Of a stretch of 64,000 nucleotides of DNA, positions 16,324 through 31,922 are shown in pieces. The DNA lies in NCBI GenBank assembly GCA_964016885.1, contig OZ024749.1, positions 50,840,001-50,904,000 of the forward strand. The letters are read 5' to 3'. A program made the position numbers and the translations under genes. The notes beneath the pieces were generated by a model. That model worked only from the letters and a program-made list of their open reading frames with translations. It searched no databases and was not told the origin of the DNA. Positions within the stretch are counted from its first letter, which is position 1; each line of letters opens with the position of its first letter. The DNA is from Eledone cirrhosa. Lineage: Eukaryota.

Positions 16324-18943
16324 TTATATATATATATGCACACACACCCACATCAATACATAAAAACAACATACACAACGGAAAAGAAAAAGTAAAATAC
16401 CCATTCTTAAATTGTACCTAATTCGCATACGTATATCAAATACCTTTCACAATTCCGTTTGATATTGTATCATATCTTTTAAGAAACTACATTTTACAGA
16501 TATATTGCCTTTATATCAAACCATACCGAAATATTTTACTAAGAAATGAATTATTAACCTAAATATAAATCTGAAAATGTATTTCTTTAAAGGTTTAAAT
16601 TTGTCTAAGTCCAAACTATATTTGGTTATGTGAGGTAACTGTTAGCCTTTGGTGTTTTGCTCTATTATAGTTGGAAAATGAATGATCTTTGTCACAGTAT
16701 TTGGTCTATCTTTCATGATTTTCACTGCCACTGACTGTGACATTCTCTGAATCATGGCTGCTTGTTTTGATATTTGAACTCTTCGTATTGCGTTTTTGTT
16801 GCCTTAGTTTTAATATTAGTCGCATCCATTTTGGTGCAAGCGTGATCTTACTTATTTTGCAACTGGAAATGTTCGCGATTGATTTCATGAACAAATGAAA
16901 TTATTCACTCACGAGTAACACTTTTCCATAGCATGGATAATATTGTTGTAAATTGCCATAGAATTACTTGGCTTATACTACATTTTGTTTTGCCGTACAT
17001 TTCATTGAGATACTGCACATTCTGTTAACGTGTATACGTTTCTTAATTCAAGTATATTTTCTATACATTCCGTTTTCATGTGAAACTGGAAGACTACGAA
17101 TTTGGTTAGTAATCAGTAACTTCTGAAATAATTTAATTAAGCCTTTGAAACTGCGTTGGTAAATCCAATGTAAAATGTATACCATAGGAAATACGAATAT
17201 ATTGTATCTCTATCTATACTAAATAATTCAGCAAATTGAACAGTATTCTGAAATGACACAGCATGAATTAAAGGAGCGTTAACTATATACGTACTAAATA
17301 GAGGCCAGCATTACATCTCTATTTGTACATGCATTGACAAAATCCTATAACCTTTGATGAAGGACCTATATTTATGATATATAACACATTGTATTCGCAT
17401 GGTACTATTGTGAAATACATTATATATTAGGTTTATTTCATTTACCTAGAAAACATATTACGTATAAATATAATCCGAAACGAAGTACCGAAAAATAAAT
17501 ATCACTTCGGGACTTACATACTGTATCACAGTATAAGATAACGGATTACACTAATGGAACCTTAGTATTCAGAATTAAAAATAAATATTGCCTTAAATAA
17601 CACTGAAAGCCTATTTAAAAAAAATTCTATTTCTAATCGTAGCTTAAATCGCTATTCAAATAGCTTATGCGAACTGCTTTTTCATTGCAAACAGAATTCT
17701 AAGTATGAAGAATAAATATAGTCACAAACAACACAACGCGTCAGCTAAACCTATGATGCAACAGATAATTGATGCATCACAAGCTACCTAGACCCACATC
17801 AAGAGCTGTATGGGCTACCTGCCATTAGGCAGGGACGATTGATGATAGGATACATGATAAATGAATAAGTTTATAATTCCGTTACATTCATAAAGAATAT
17901 TTTATATGGAAATAATTTAATGGTCTATATCCCCACAACATATGATAATGAATGCCCAAATATTTCTGTTTGTTAACCTATATCTATGAATATATACAAT
18001 AACATATCCTGACTGGTTAGTGTAGGCAGAATTCTCGTCAAGATTATCGGTGGTTCCTGTCAAACACAACGCTTTCCAATTCATCCCACTGTGTAATCAA
18101 TTGGCGTTTAACAGAGCTCATATATGTTATCTAAGCCTCTTGCTCGAGGTCGACATCTGGTCTCTAGCTAGTTTCCTTTGCCCCTTAAAATCTGACCAGC
18201 AATTTCTTCCTTAGACATTCAAATCGAATGTACATAGTACCAGATCTCTGCTTCTCGATTCGGAGAAGAAGTAGTTTTTCTATGTGTAGCGGCTCTCTAC
18301 TCTACAAGCTGCGTACGCCCTCGAAGGAGTAAGGTTACTTCAAAGATATTTTCGTGTAACTCAATTTATATCGCTTGTTTAATCCTCAGCTTCTTTCAGC
18401 CTCTACCCAATATATACGACTTAAGCTGACAGCAGGCACGAAGACAGAATTGAATATAGCGAATGTGGCTTATACATTTATCTCTCTTCCTAAAATAACC
18501 GATTGTCGAGGCTCTCGCATTACCATAACAGCTCCGGCAATTCTTCTATGTACTTCAGTCTTCTGCTTTTCTATCAATTGTTAGACGTGCCGCGAGATAC
18601 TTGAACTTCTGCATTTGCTTCTTTGTGACAACATGTATATGCAAATGCTGCCAATCCACCTCCCTCTCCTAATACGTATATAATACAAAAACATCCATAG
18701 TTATCGATTTGTGACAAAAGATACACTGAAGTGACACGATAGCTGATGTCACTTAATACACAGGATAAACTCAGCATCCATTAATACTTGACATTTTTCT
18801 CCTCGGTATCGAGGCAACATAATTTTGGAATAGGTGTATTTATAAAAATACATGTCACCTGGCATACTGAGTGTCCATGACTTCTAAGTATTAGGTTCGT
18901 TGGTTTGTATTTAAAGTTCATTTTCTCGAAACTGTGAAAAATA

Positions 18944-19078
<135 letters not shown>

Positions 19079-19388
19079 TATATATAAGTTTGTATTGTAT
19101 AGGTCTACAAAATCACGCAACTTTTTGAATATAAATGTAATTAGCAGAATGTCATGCAGAGCATTTGAAGAAAAAAAAAACTTATTCACTAGACAATCTT
19201 ATGTAGAACATTAGCTAGTATACGTGATACATGTGCACATGTTTATGTAAGATTCACCCTATTGATGTATGCGTGTGAAATGGTTTCTGGTGATATATTT
19301 ATACACTCGTACATACTACCACACACACACACATACACACGCACACATACATGCATGCACACACACACGCACATATATATATATATGC

Positions 19389-19448
<60 letters not shown>

Positions 19449-19491
19449 CTATGTATGTATGTATATATATCTATGTATGTATGTATGTATG

Positions 19492-19793
<302 letters not shown>

Positions 19794-19794
19794 C

Positions 19795-19870
<76 letters not shown>

Positions 19871-19882
19871 ATGTATATATAC

Positions 19883-19955
<73 letters not shown>

Positions 19956-19959
19956 CATA

Positions 19960-20567
19960 TGGTGGCTGCCAACTCGTTTTCGAGTACGGCCACTACTTTA
20001 TATCCATGTAGGAGAACCCCTACTGATGCGCTGAACGAGTGTGACTTTTTAGTCCAGCCAGCGACTTGAAAACTCTGGTACAAACACTACACTTGTGACA
20101 ATTATTGACACATAGTGCTGGGCCCATTGTACCCTGTGATGACAAGTGCAGAGAGATCTCCAGATATAAACCAATGCCTGTGCCGTGAAGCTTTTATAGT
20201 GAGCAAAGGCACTGCACAAAGCCAGTCCCACTCTCTTAACCAAGATGATATTTACCAAAAAGAAGAACAAGTCAACATCATTGGATACCATCAAGGTTGC
20301 AGGTGTTATATCAGAGTTTTCCTTCTCCTAGAATTCTGCCTTGACAAAGGCTAAGGGGTCATCTCTCCCGGTGATTTTGGATGGCCATTGACTCTTAAGA
20401 GCTCCTTTGCCCTTTGACAGGTTTTGTTTTTAGTCCTGCAGGATGTCCAAAGTCACCCTCCTGACCAAGAAACCTTGGTGGGGTTGCCAGTTTAGTCGCC
20501 AACGACCCGACCATGAGACAGGTTGTACTGGGATACATGTTACCAGTAGCACCAACTGGTGACCTGA
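19960..20567 (-). mobile_element. Non-coding GC-richer repeat, possibly derived from an RTE 5' UTR, between (TA)n tracts
   Basis: Minus-strand ctaggagaaggaaaactctga motif; patchy homology to 8500-8760 (tggctgcc.actcgtt..cgagta.ggcca; caatgcctgtgc.gtgaag; gcca.tcccactctct). Confidence 0.55.
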
Positions 20568-20678
20568 CATAAATATATACATATATATGTATATATACAT
20601 ACATATATATATATACATATGTATATATACATACATATATATATATACATATATATATACATATGTATATATACATAC

Positions 20679-20763
<85 letters not shown>

Positions 20764-20772
20764 CATATATAG

Positions 20773-20914
<142 letters not shown>

Positions 20915-20933
20915 GTATATATAATATATATAC

Positions 20934-21114
<181 letters not shown>

Positions 21115-21115
21115 C

Positions 21116-21166
<51 letters not shown>

Positions 21167-21176
21167 TATATACATC

Positions 21177-21247
<71 letters not shown>

Positions 21248-21248
<1 letters not shown>

Positions 21249-21746
21249 AATAAATAATTTATACAATTATCAAAGTTGTGTCCAAATCATTTAATAGCTG
21301 ACGATCGTTTCTTCCAAACTCTCGTTTGGTTTCATCGGAGTGTTATCAATATTTGCACATATAATTACCCTCCTATTTAACTGAACAATTATATAGATAC
21401 ATATAAATTGATGTTGTGAGCAACAGTTTCGTATTTACAGGGTGGATGTATGTGACATATATTTTACGAGAATTGTACAATAATTGTACAAACATTTAAG
21501 TTCAAATTCAAATCAAAGTTAATATTAAAATCAAAATCAAAATCTAAAGCACGGAGTGGAATACATGCAGCAGTTAAAACACAACTTTGATAATTGTATA
21601 ATTTATTTATTTAACTGCTTTGTAAAACAACTGATGTTCATAGATTGAGCTATTTTCCTTACTGGTAATAAGGTAATTAAGAAATTACTGACCTTCCTGT
21701 TTATAGTTGCTTATACTATATACATAACTATAAACATATTATTATT
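21248..21746. mobile_element. Family G element between (TA)n tracts with degenerate HHR (21295-21343, - strand)
   Basis: Minus strand: CCGATGA aa CCAAAC gaga GTTTGG aa GAA ACGATCGT C ag. 21248-21276 is an inverted copy of ~21579-21612. The 3' part is homologous to ~10280-10540. Confidence 0.7.
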
Positions 21747-21751
21747 ATGTG

Positions 21752-21831
<80 letters not shown>

Positions 21832-21851
21832 TATATATATATATATATATA

Positions 21852-21896
<45 letters not shown>

Positions 21897-21907
21897 CTAT
21901 ATGTATC

Positions 21908-21964
<57 letters not shown>

Positions 21965-21971
21965 CTATATG

Positions 21972-22002
<31 letters not shown>

Positions 22003-22037
22003 GTATCTATATGTATATATATATATGTATCTATATG

Positions 22038-22260
<223 letters not shown>

Positions 22261-22298
22261 GTATGTATATATATATATACTATATATATATATATATG

Positions 22299-22431
<133 letters not shown>

Positions 22432-22460
22432 ATATATATGTATATATATATATATGTATG

Positions 22461-22491
<31 letters not shown>

Positions 22492-22528
22492 GTATGTATA
22501 TATATATATATGTATGTATATATATATG

Positions 22529-22585
<57 letters not shown>

Positions 22586-22615
22586 GTATTTATATGTATA
22601 TATATATATATGTAT

Positions 22616-22663
<48 letters not shown>

Positions 22664-22667
22664 GTAT

Positions 22668-23286
<619 letters not shown>

Positions 23287-23327
23287 ATATATATATATAT
23301 ATGTATATATATACATATGTATATATG

Positions 23328-23382
<55 letters not shown>

Positions 23383-23750
23383 GAAGTAATTCCATCGGAA
23401 AAGTCCAGGAAAAAAGAGTGCTCTATGTAAGCAACAGAGCTTAATTATTATTATTATGTAATAAACAACATAAGGCAATTATTCCATTTACCAGTGGTTT
23501 CTTAAAAGCAAAAGGTTTTGCTTTCAATCCTCAGAATGAAAAATCCTGGTTTGTTTATTGAATATGGATTCTAAAAACGAAAATGCAATCTATATGAAAG
23601 TGAGGCTGGAAAAGGGAGAAGGAAAGGAAAAATAAAATAAAATAAAACTACACATGCAAACACACACAAAAAAACCCAAAAGCATACTTACACACACACA
23701 CATATATACACATATAATTTGCACGCATACACATATACACATACACATAC

Positions 23751-23809
<59 letters not shown>

Positions 23810-23835
23810 CATACACATACATACACATATCTATA

Positions 23836-23873
<38 letters not shown>

Positions 23874-23876
23874 TAC

Positions 23877-23908
<32 letters not shown>

Positions 23909-24024
23909 ATATATATATGTATATATATACGTATATACATAAATATATGTGTGTGTATATGCATCTATATATGTACGTACGTACTTATATATGTGTAAAG
24001 GCGCATGTCTATGTAGGTTATGTA

Positions 24025-24200
24025 TTTAGCGCAGGATAGTAAGGTCGCGAGTTCGATTCACAGTAGTGCGTCCACTCCCTTCGCATAAATAATTTGTGTT
24101 TATAATTCGAAAAAGCCAGCCTCGGCACATTCTGTGACATGCTAAATCTCCCTGAGAATTACGTTACGAGTACCGCTGTTTATGGATTGTTGATCATATC
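24025..24200 (+). mobile_element. Second tRNA-derived SINE family, degenerate
   Basis: B-box gagttcgattc, then a body gccagcctcggcacattctgtgacatgctaaatctccctgagaattacgtta resembling an octopus repeat (from memory), then an (ACT)n tract. Confidence 0.5.
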
Positions 24201-24220
24201 AACAGGAATAATGGTTTTCA

Positions 24221-24345
24221 TAACTACTACTACTACTACTACAACTAATACTACCACCAACAACAACAACAACATCACCACCACTACTATTACTACTACT
24301 ATTACTACTACTACCACCACCACTACTGCTACTATTACTACTACT
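24221..24345. repeat. (ACT/ACC/ACA)n trinucleotide repeat
   Basis: Directly visible. Confidence 0.95.
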
Positions 24346-24865
24346 TATAATGTCTATATTAGGTACATTACGGGCATACTGGTGCAGGACCATAATTTAT
24401 TTTCTTTCAAGTTCGTTGAAGTTTTATGGTTAGAATTGCGTTTATAATTGCGTTTGTAGCATCTGATTGTCCTCGAATATATCCTTGTTGTACTCTTGAC
24501 CGATTCAGAATTATTGTCACGTGTTTCTAAATGTTTTCAAATGAGGTTACTTTTATATTTCTACTGACATTTTGTTGGAATTTGAACACCTGAGAAGCTC
24601 TAAATATCACACTAACGCAAAAGAATGTTTTTGCCTGCGACATCAAAGGTGGTATATGTGAATTCTATTGTAACACACAGTGGAAGGATTATGATTCTCC
24701 TTAATGCTGACGTTTGGCACATGCTCCTCCAGAATATTCCATATGCATATAACAATATAACCCGTTTTCTTCATCGTTCAGGAAAGCATAGGTAAGGAGC
24801 GTACATCACTCAAACATTCCAATTAAATAATACCTACTAATGAATTTATATTATTAGTCTACGAG

Positions 24866-25051
24866 GGCGGTGGATTTGCAGTATCGGTACAAGGTCGGAC
24901 GCCATGCTTTGTAGCAGAGAGTTACGGCCCTTTGTGGTCTGAGTTCAAATTCCGTCGAGGTTAACTTTGCCTTTCATCCTTACGGAGTCGATAAAATAAA
25001 GTACAAGTAATACACTGGGATATTTGCTGGTTAATAGTAGAAACAATTATT
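24866..25051 (+). mobile_element. tRNA-derived SINE, full length
   Basis: Same head and core; imperfect TSD attattagt..acg. Confidence 0.9.
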
Positions 25052-25222
25052 AGTTAACGTTCTATGAAACCTTTCGAATTCCTCTACGATACCAGGTGTG
25101 CTTGGCGACGAAATATGTGAACATTAATTTAATCTCAGCAGAAATAGTGTTTTCCATAGAGTCAGAATAATTACAGATCCTCTTGCTACAGAGTTTCGAA
25201 AAAGAGTGATATACATACATAG

Positions 25223-25294
<72 letters not shown>

Positions 25295-25345
25295 GTGTGT
25301 GTATGAGAGAGAGAGATAGAAGGGGAGAGAGAGACAGAGAGTGAT

Positions 25346-25388
<43 letters not shown>

Positions 25389-25392
25389 TATA

Positions 25393-25449
<57 letters not shown>

Positions 25450-26007
25450 GAGGGACAGATAGATTGAGAGAGAGAGAGAGAGAAACAATGAAAAAGAAAA
25501 AAGAGTGAAGGAGAGAAAAATGTTGCAGCTGTGTTGTGTAATACGTAATTTTCGTTTTAAAATGCAATCTCATACAAATGCGCTATAGATTACACGCACA
25601 ATTTAGTGTCTAAGTGTGGTGTGCATGTACTTATGTATATTTCGTTATTATATATTTCTGATATACTACCAATGAGTTTGTTGAAATCTTCTACATCATT
25701 GAAGTGAGGGGAAATAAATAAGTCCAACTTTATATACCATATCTTTACGACAGCGTCTCGGTTTTCTGGCAATTTCGGGAAAATGAGCAAATATAGATGA
25801 ACAATTGCCATCAGCGATCTCTAAATAACTACGCAGTCGTTTCACTTCTAGTCAGTGTTATAATGTAATGCTGACACACACACACACACGCACATATACA
25901 CACACACACAGACACACACATGCACGCATACACATATATACACATACACACACACATACACACACGCTATCACACACAGACACATCACACGTATATCTAT
26001 ATATATA

Positions 26008-26470
26008 TATATATATATGAAAGACGTAAATAAGAAAGTTATGAAAATTGACTTACTTACTAAAATTTCACTCCAACTAATTAGTTTCTGTAAGGGGATA
26101 AATATAGTTACGTAATAACTATAGAGAAACCTTACGTCATCAGAGAGTCTATTCTCAGCTAAGCTTCCAGGCAATGCGGGGACACTGGGAACTTATATAA
26201 AAATAATTCAGTGGATGGAAAAAGCGAGCGGGGCTAGATTCCAAGACATTGAAAAATTCACTGCCTTCTTGGTCAAGTGGCAAATTCAAAAGAATCAATC
26301 ACGTGACACTGAGGTTAACCAGCTTGGAGTGGGGGTGCTATTAAGACAGAGCCTAGCCATTACTATCAGTCACAGTAGTAATTTCGGCAAATTTTGCTCA
26401 ACAAATAATTTGGAGTTAATTATAAAGAATTAATGTATCTACCGACATATGTATACAGATGTATACCTAT
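26008..26470 (-). mobile_element. Family F element with HHR (26070-26148, - strand)
   Basis: Minus strand: actct CTGATGA cgtaagg..ccttaca GAAACTAATTAGTT ggagt. Homologous over ~460 bp to 56568-57030. Confidence 0.8.
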
Positions 26471-26610
26471 GCCGCCAAAATATATATGTTTACCTATGCC
26501 GCCAAAATATATATGTTTTGTCTTAGTAACTTTGTATATATATATATATATTCAGAATAATAATAAATGAAGACATTCACATAATCAAAATATATGTTTT
26601 TTAATATATA

Positions 26611-26652
26611 TTTCGAAGGTACTGTGCTGTTTTTTCAGTACGTCCTCGTCAG
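26611..26652 (-). ncRNA. Hammerhead ribozyme core
   Basis: Minus strand: CTGACGA ggac GTACTG aaaaaacagca CAGTAC cttc GAAAtatatatt. Confidence 0.7.
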
Positions 26653-26751
26653 ACAAGATACATAAATTGATGTATGACATACCTCAACTGCCTTGATAGT
26701 TCAACTCCAGTATTGGTAGTCAATACTATTATTCTGAATAATAATAACTCC

Positions 26752-26893
26752 TAAATAAGTGGACACTATATTTATAAAACCATATTTATTCTATTATATA
26801 TATTTCAAGGGTACACTTTCATCAGATAAAATAGCCTTGAAATATATAAAATAGAATAAATATGGTTTTATAAATATAGTTTCCATTTATTTA
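26752..26893. mobile_element. Family C fold-back element with minimal HHR core (26803-26825, - strand)
   Basis: Imperfect inverted arms around ~26811-26834. Minus strand reads CTGATGA aagtgtaccctt GAAAtatata. The tail taaatatggttttataaatatagtttccattt recurs at ~28995 and ~55335. Confidence 0.72.
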
Positions 26894-27300
26894 ATATCAG
26901 TGAATATTATACTCCCGAAAAACACACATTTTATTTGATTATTTTATTTTGTTCCTTTACCATTTTATTCCTTCTACCAATTTATTATTTTTTTGAGCTG
27001 ACTACAACACCAACTCCACTAGCAACATAAGAGTAGAGGTCAGATGTACTTAACAATAACAAGAACAACCACTAGAGATTGCCTCGCCTCAGAACGAATT
27101 TCTATAAACTTTTGACTGAGGAATGTTCTCAAAACTGACCAATGAGAGGAGAAGATGTCCTTTACGCTGAAATTCGTTTGTTTAAATTCATATGATTCCT
27201 CAGTGAAACAACAAACCAACCAGGAACTGGGCATTTCAGGATATTGACAAAGTTAAACACCTCAACAACGGATGTACTCATCTCTACCACACTAATTTGG

Positions 27301-27355
27301 ACTGCCTGAAGAGGTCACAGCCAAATATGGCTGTCATCGAAATATATATAGCAGT
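27301..27355 (+). ncRNA. Type I hammerhead ribozyme, family E non-palindromic copy (~27215-27390)
   Basis: actgc CTGAAGA ggtcacagcca aata tggctgtcatc GAA ATATATAT A gcagt; flanks are diverged homologues of 55575-55740. Confidence 0.88.
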
Positions 27356-27396
27356 AATAAACGAAGCCAAATTTTAAACATTCGACATATATATTT

Positions 27397-27493
<97 letters not shown>

Positions 27494-27969
27494 TGTATTT
27501 CCGTTAGTTTCTTTGCACTGAAACATCTGAGTAAAATTTGATACTAAATATAATTGTCATGGTTTCCGCTCACTTTATAATTGCCATTTACTAATAATTG
27601 GTCGTAGACATAAATGTCCATACCTTTCTTTTATTTTATTTCTATATAGTTTTTAAATATAATACAGTTTCATATGTCTCCTTTAAACATTAGATGTGTT
27701 AGCAGTGCTCTGCATTACTGTTGATAGATAGAAAAATTCGGGCCATAAATACTAGAGCAAGACATCTCCTCCAACTCACTCACAATTCAACATGTCCACC
27801 GTTATATATGGATATGTTATTTATTATGGTTATAATATATCTGGACATCAAACGGTTATGAGTACACACCGATGCACACACACAAACTACCAGGCATGAA
27901 CACAGGCACATACATGAGTATATGTGTTTATGAATAGAAATATATGTATATACATATATGTATGAAATA

Positions 27970-28032
<63 letters not shown>

Positions 28033-28295
28033 TAATGTGGGGAGAGAGAGAAGGGGTTAGATAATAGGACAGAGAGAGAGAATGAAATACTATCACTCTA
28101 GATTCAGCTGGGATAAGACTTCCCTCGAATTCTTTATTATGCAAGACTTTATCAGATATATTAATAATTCATCTACGAACATTATATGTCACGTGATACA
28201 CAGAAATCTAATAATATATTTCTCTTTCTTTAGAAAGTAATGTATTGTCTTCGGAAGTCAATTTTCGGACCATTGTAATAAAACATTGTATATAT

Positions 28296-28432
<137 letters not shown>

Positions 28433-28948
28433 GCATAAACACATAAGCTCAAAAACACATACAAAGGCATACGTACATACCCCCACCGACAAACACACAC
28501 AAACGCATGCACTGATGCGCAAACATACACACAAACACTAATATGCATATATTTTCATATATATATTGCGATGAATTTCTATATATGCATAAAAATGTTT
28601 GTGCATAACATGTATCTAGACATGTATCTGTACACATATATGCATTGACATATTCATGTAGGAATTGTAATATTATACTTAGGCAGAACAATTTACATTT
28701 AGAATTTACATTTACGATACACACACGATTATATAGGTTTAAATTTATGGAAACAAGTGCATCTGCATACAGATAGAAAATACCTAATCTCAGATACGTA
28801 TAGATTTAAATATGAAGTGTAATACATTTACATATGCGTATAAACTCACACATACACTCACTGATACACACACACACACATACATACACATACACATATA
28901 TATATACATGTATGGATATATGTTTATATATATATATATATATATATA

Positions 28949-29037
28949 TGGAAAGTTATATTTAAATGATATCCCTGAAATATATATAATGAAATAAATA
29001 TGGTTTTATAAATATAGTTTCCATTTATTTAATATTG
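28949..29037 (+). mobile_element. Family C 3' fragment
   Basis: ccctGAAAtatatataat..taaatatggttttataaatatagtttccatttatttaatat between (TA)n tracts. Confidence 0.65.
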
Positions 29038-29121
29038 TATATATATATATATATATATATATGTATGGATATATGTTTATACATATCTATATAAATATAT
29101 ATATATATATATGTGTATGTG

Positions 29122-29182
<61 letters not shown>

Positions 29183-29184
<2 letters not shown>

Positions 29185-29381
29185 CGAAGGAAATGTTGTA
29201 AGGAACCAGGTGGACCATAACGCACCAAAGTACTCAATACTTAGTGTAGTAGAGTGGGTAATAGGAACGAGTAGGACCCCGACGGCTGAGCTCAAGCCGT
29301 CTCGACGGCTATTTCTGGACTAATTTAGACCAGAATTAGCCTTCGAAACGGCCTAAGCTCAGCCGTCGGGGTCCTACTCGT

Positions 29382-29387
<6 letters not shown>
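29183..29387 (-). mobile_element. Family D fold-back element with half-HHR
   Basis: Hairpin 29261-29387. The right arm has cctt cGAAA CGGC ctaagctca GCCG TC (stem III plus GUC). Tail homologous to 12275-12370. Confidence 0.75.
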
Positions 29388-29435
<48 letters not shown>

Positions 29436-30231
29436 AGAAAGAGAAGGAGAGAGACCAGGAAATAAGGAAGTCCAAGTCGAAAGCGTTTGCGTTATGGTTT
29501 ACCACGGTAGGATAAAATACAGAGTTGATCTCAACGAGGGATGTGGATTCTCGACTAAGTGCTTTACGAATCTACAGTGAGGAATATATATTTGTATTTT
29601 GTGACGACACATGGCTTAGTAGTGAAGGAATTGGATTAACAATCTTGACCCTGTCAATTCGCTTCCTGGAACATGTGGTGCTTTTTTTCCCCCTAAAACT
29701 ATTCAATTTATTCCACGATGCTTTATCAGCCAGGAGCTTTAACCGGAGCATAGCATCACCAAAGCCAAAGACCAATGGAAATATTGCTTCCTTTAACCGA
29801 TCTGATAAGACACCCCTCACTCAGTTAACGAATGATCTTTGGGATCTTGTCGATCGACCAGAAGAAGCAAGAAAGATGTTCCTCGATTATTTTTGTTATA
29901 TTTTAGACAATCATCGATAAATAATATCTCTTCTGATTTCAAGGAGATCAGTTAATGGAAAATAATCAAATCCCCGTATTATATATGCAATATATATTAT
30001 AGCAATAGCTTGTAGAACGGTCCGCTGTGAACATTTCCCTACGTATGGTTGTTGTTACACATCATCAGTGTCTTCTTATTTTAGTTACAAATGTGATAAG
30101 TACTGTAAAACAGATATTTCAAGACAATATATGTTTTGAAATTAATGTCTACTCCTCGAGCTATCAGAAACTGTGTAATCGAACTGGGAGAAATCACTAA
30201 ACCACCGATATTGACTTTAAACTAATTGCTT

Positions 30232-30312
<81 letters not shown>

Positions 30313-30448
30313 ACAAAATTGAATCGTATTGCTTTTTGCTATGATTAATTTTAATGTGCGCGTGCACACACTCACGTACATGCACATGCTAGAACGGGGC
30401 ATAGATAGACACGCACAGGCACGCGTACGCGCACGCACATACACACAT

Positions 30449-30508
<60 letters not shown>

Positions 30509-30538
30509 ATGTATATACATTCACCCACATTATATCAA

Positions 30539-30700
<162 letters not shown>

Positions 30701-31134
30701 ACAATATAGGATGATATAAATTTAATAACGTCTCTGAATATGTTATAAGTGGATCCAGTCATATTTTACAAAACATGAGAGGGAAATATAAATTGAGATT
30801 ACATATAGATATATTTGATGCCATGGAAAAAAATTCTTCATAATGTCTTGATCAATAAGATCAAAGAAGATGAGATGAAACATTGATTTCTAAACTGAAG
30901 GGAAAATAAATACTACTATAATAGGAACATTGAGCGTTTTAATATTATATATGCCACGTATGTGCAGGGGAATATATGTCAATGCATATAAGTAAAACGA
31001 ACTGATATGGAATATCTACATTTTTCTGCAGTTGTACTTTCCTGAATTATACCAATAATCCGATAACAAATTCAGAAGTACACATACAATTACATGCTTA
31101 CACCTATCTATACATATACATACATATATATATA

Positions 31135-31190
<56 letters not shown>

Positions 31191-31421
31191 GTAACCACAC
31201 ACACAATCACGTATAAATATATGTATATATATATATATATATATATAGGTGTGTATAATTAAATCTCTCTCTATATATATATACCTAACGTAATTTTGGC
31301 TAAGAATTAAAGTCAACGTGAAGCAAGTTATGACAGAAAAAAAGTAGATGCAAAAAGACACTCTATTGTATTCACGTACGCGCACACAAACGTACGCATA
31401 TACACTCATGTACATGTTATG

Positions 31422-31520
<99 letters not shown>

Positions 31521-31558
31521 GTATATATATATATATATATATAAATATATATATATAG

Positions 31559-31613
<55 letters not shown>

Positions 31614-31702
31614 TATACATATATATGTACATATATATATATATATTTATATATATATATATATATATATAAATATGTATACATATATATATATATATAT
31701 GT

Positions 31703-31800
<98 letters not shown>

Positions 31801-31818
31801 GTATATATATATATATAC

Positions 31819-31922
<104 letters not shown>

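Noticed and set aside
18000-18800. GC-richer unique sequence (also ~1800-2420 and 56025-56390)
   Set aside because: No convincing ORF or motif; probably decayed TE sequence but unassignable by eye.
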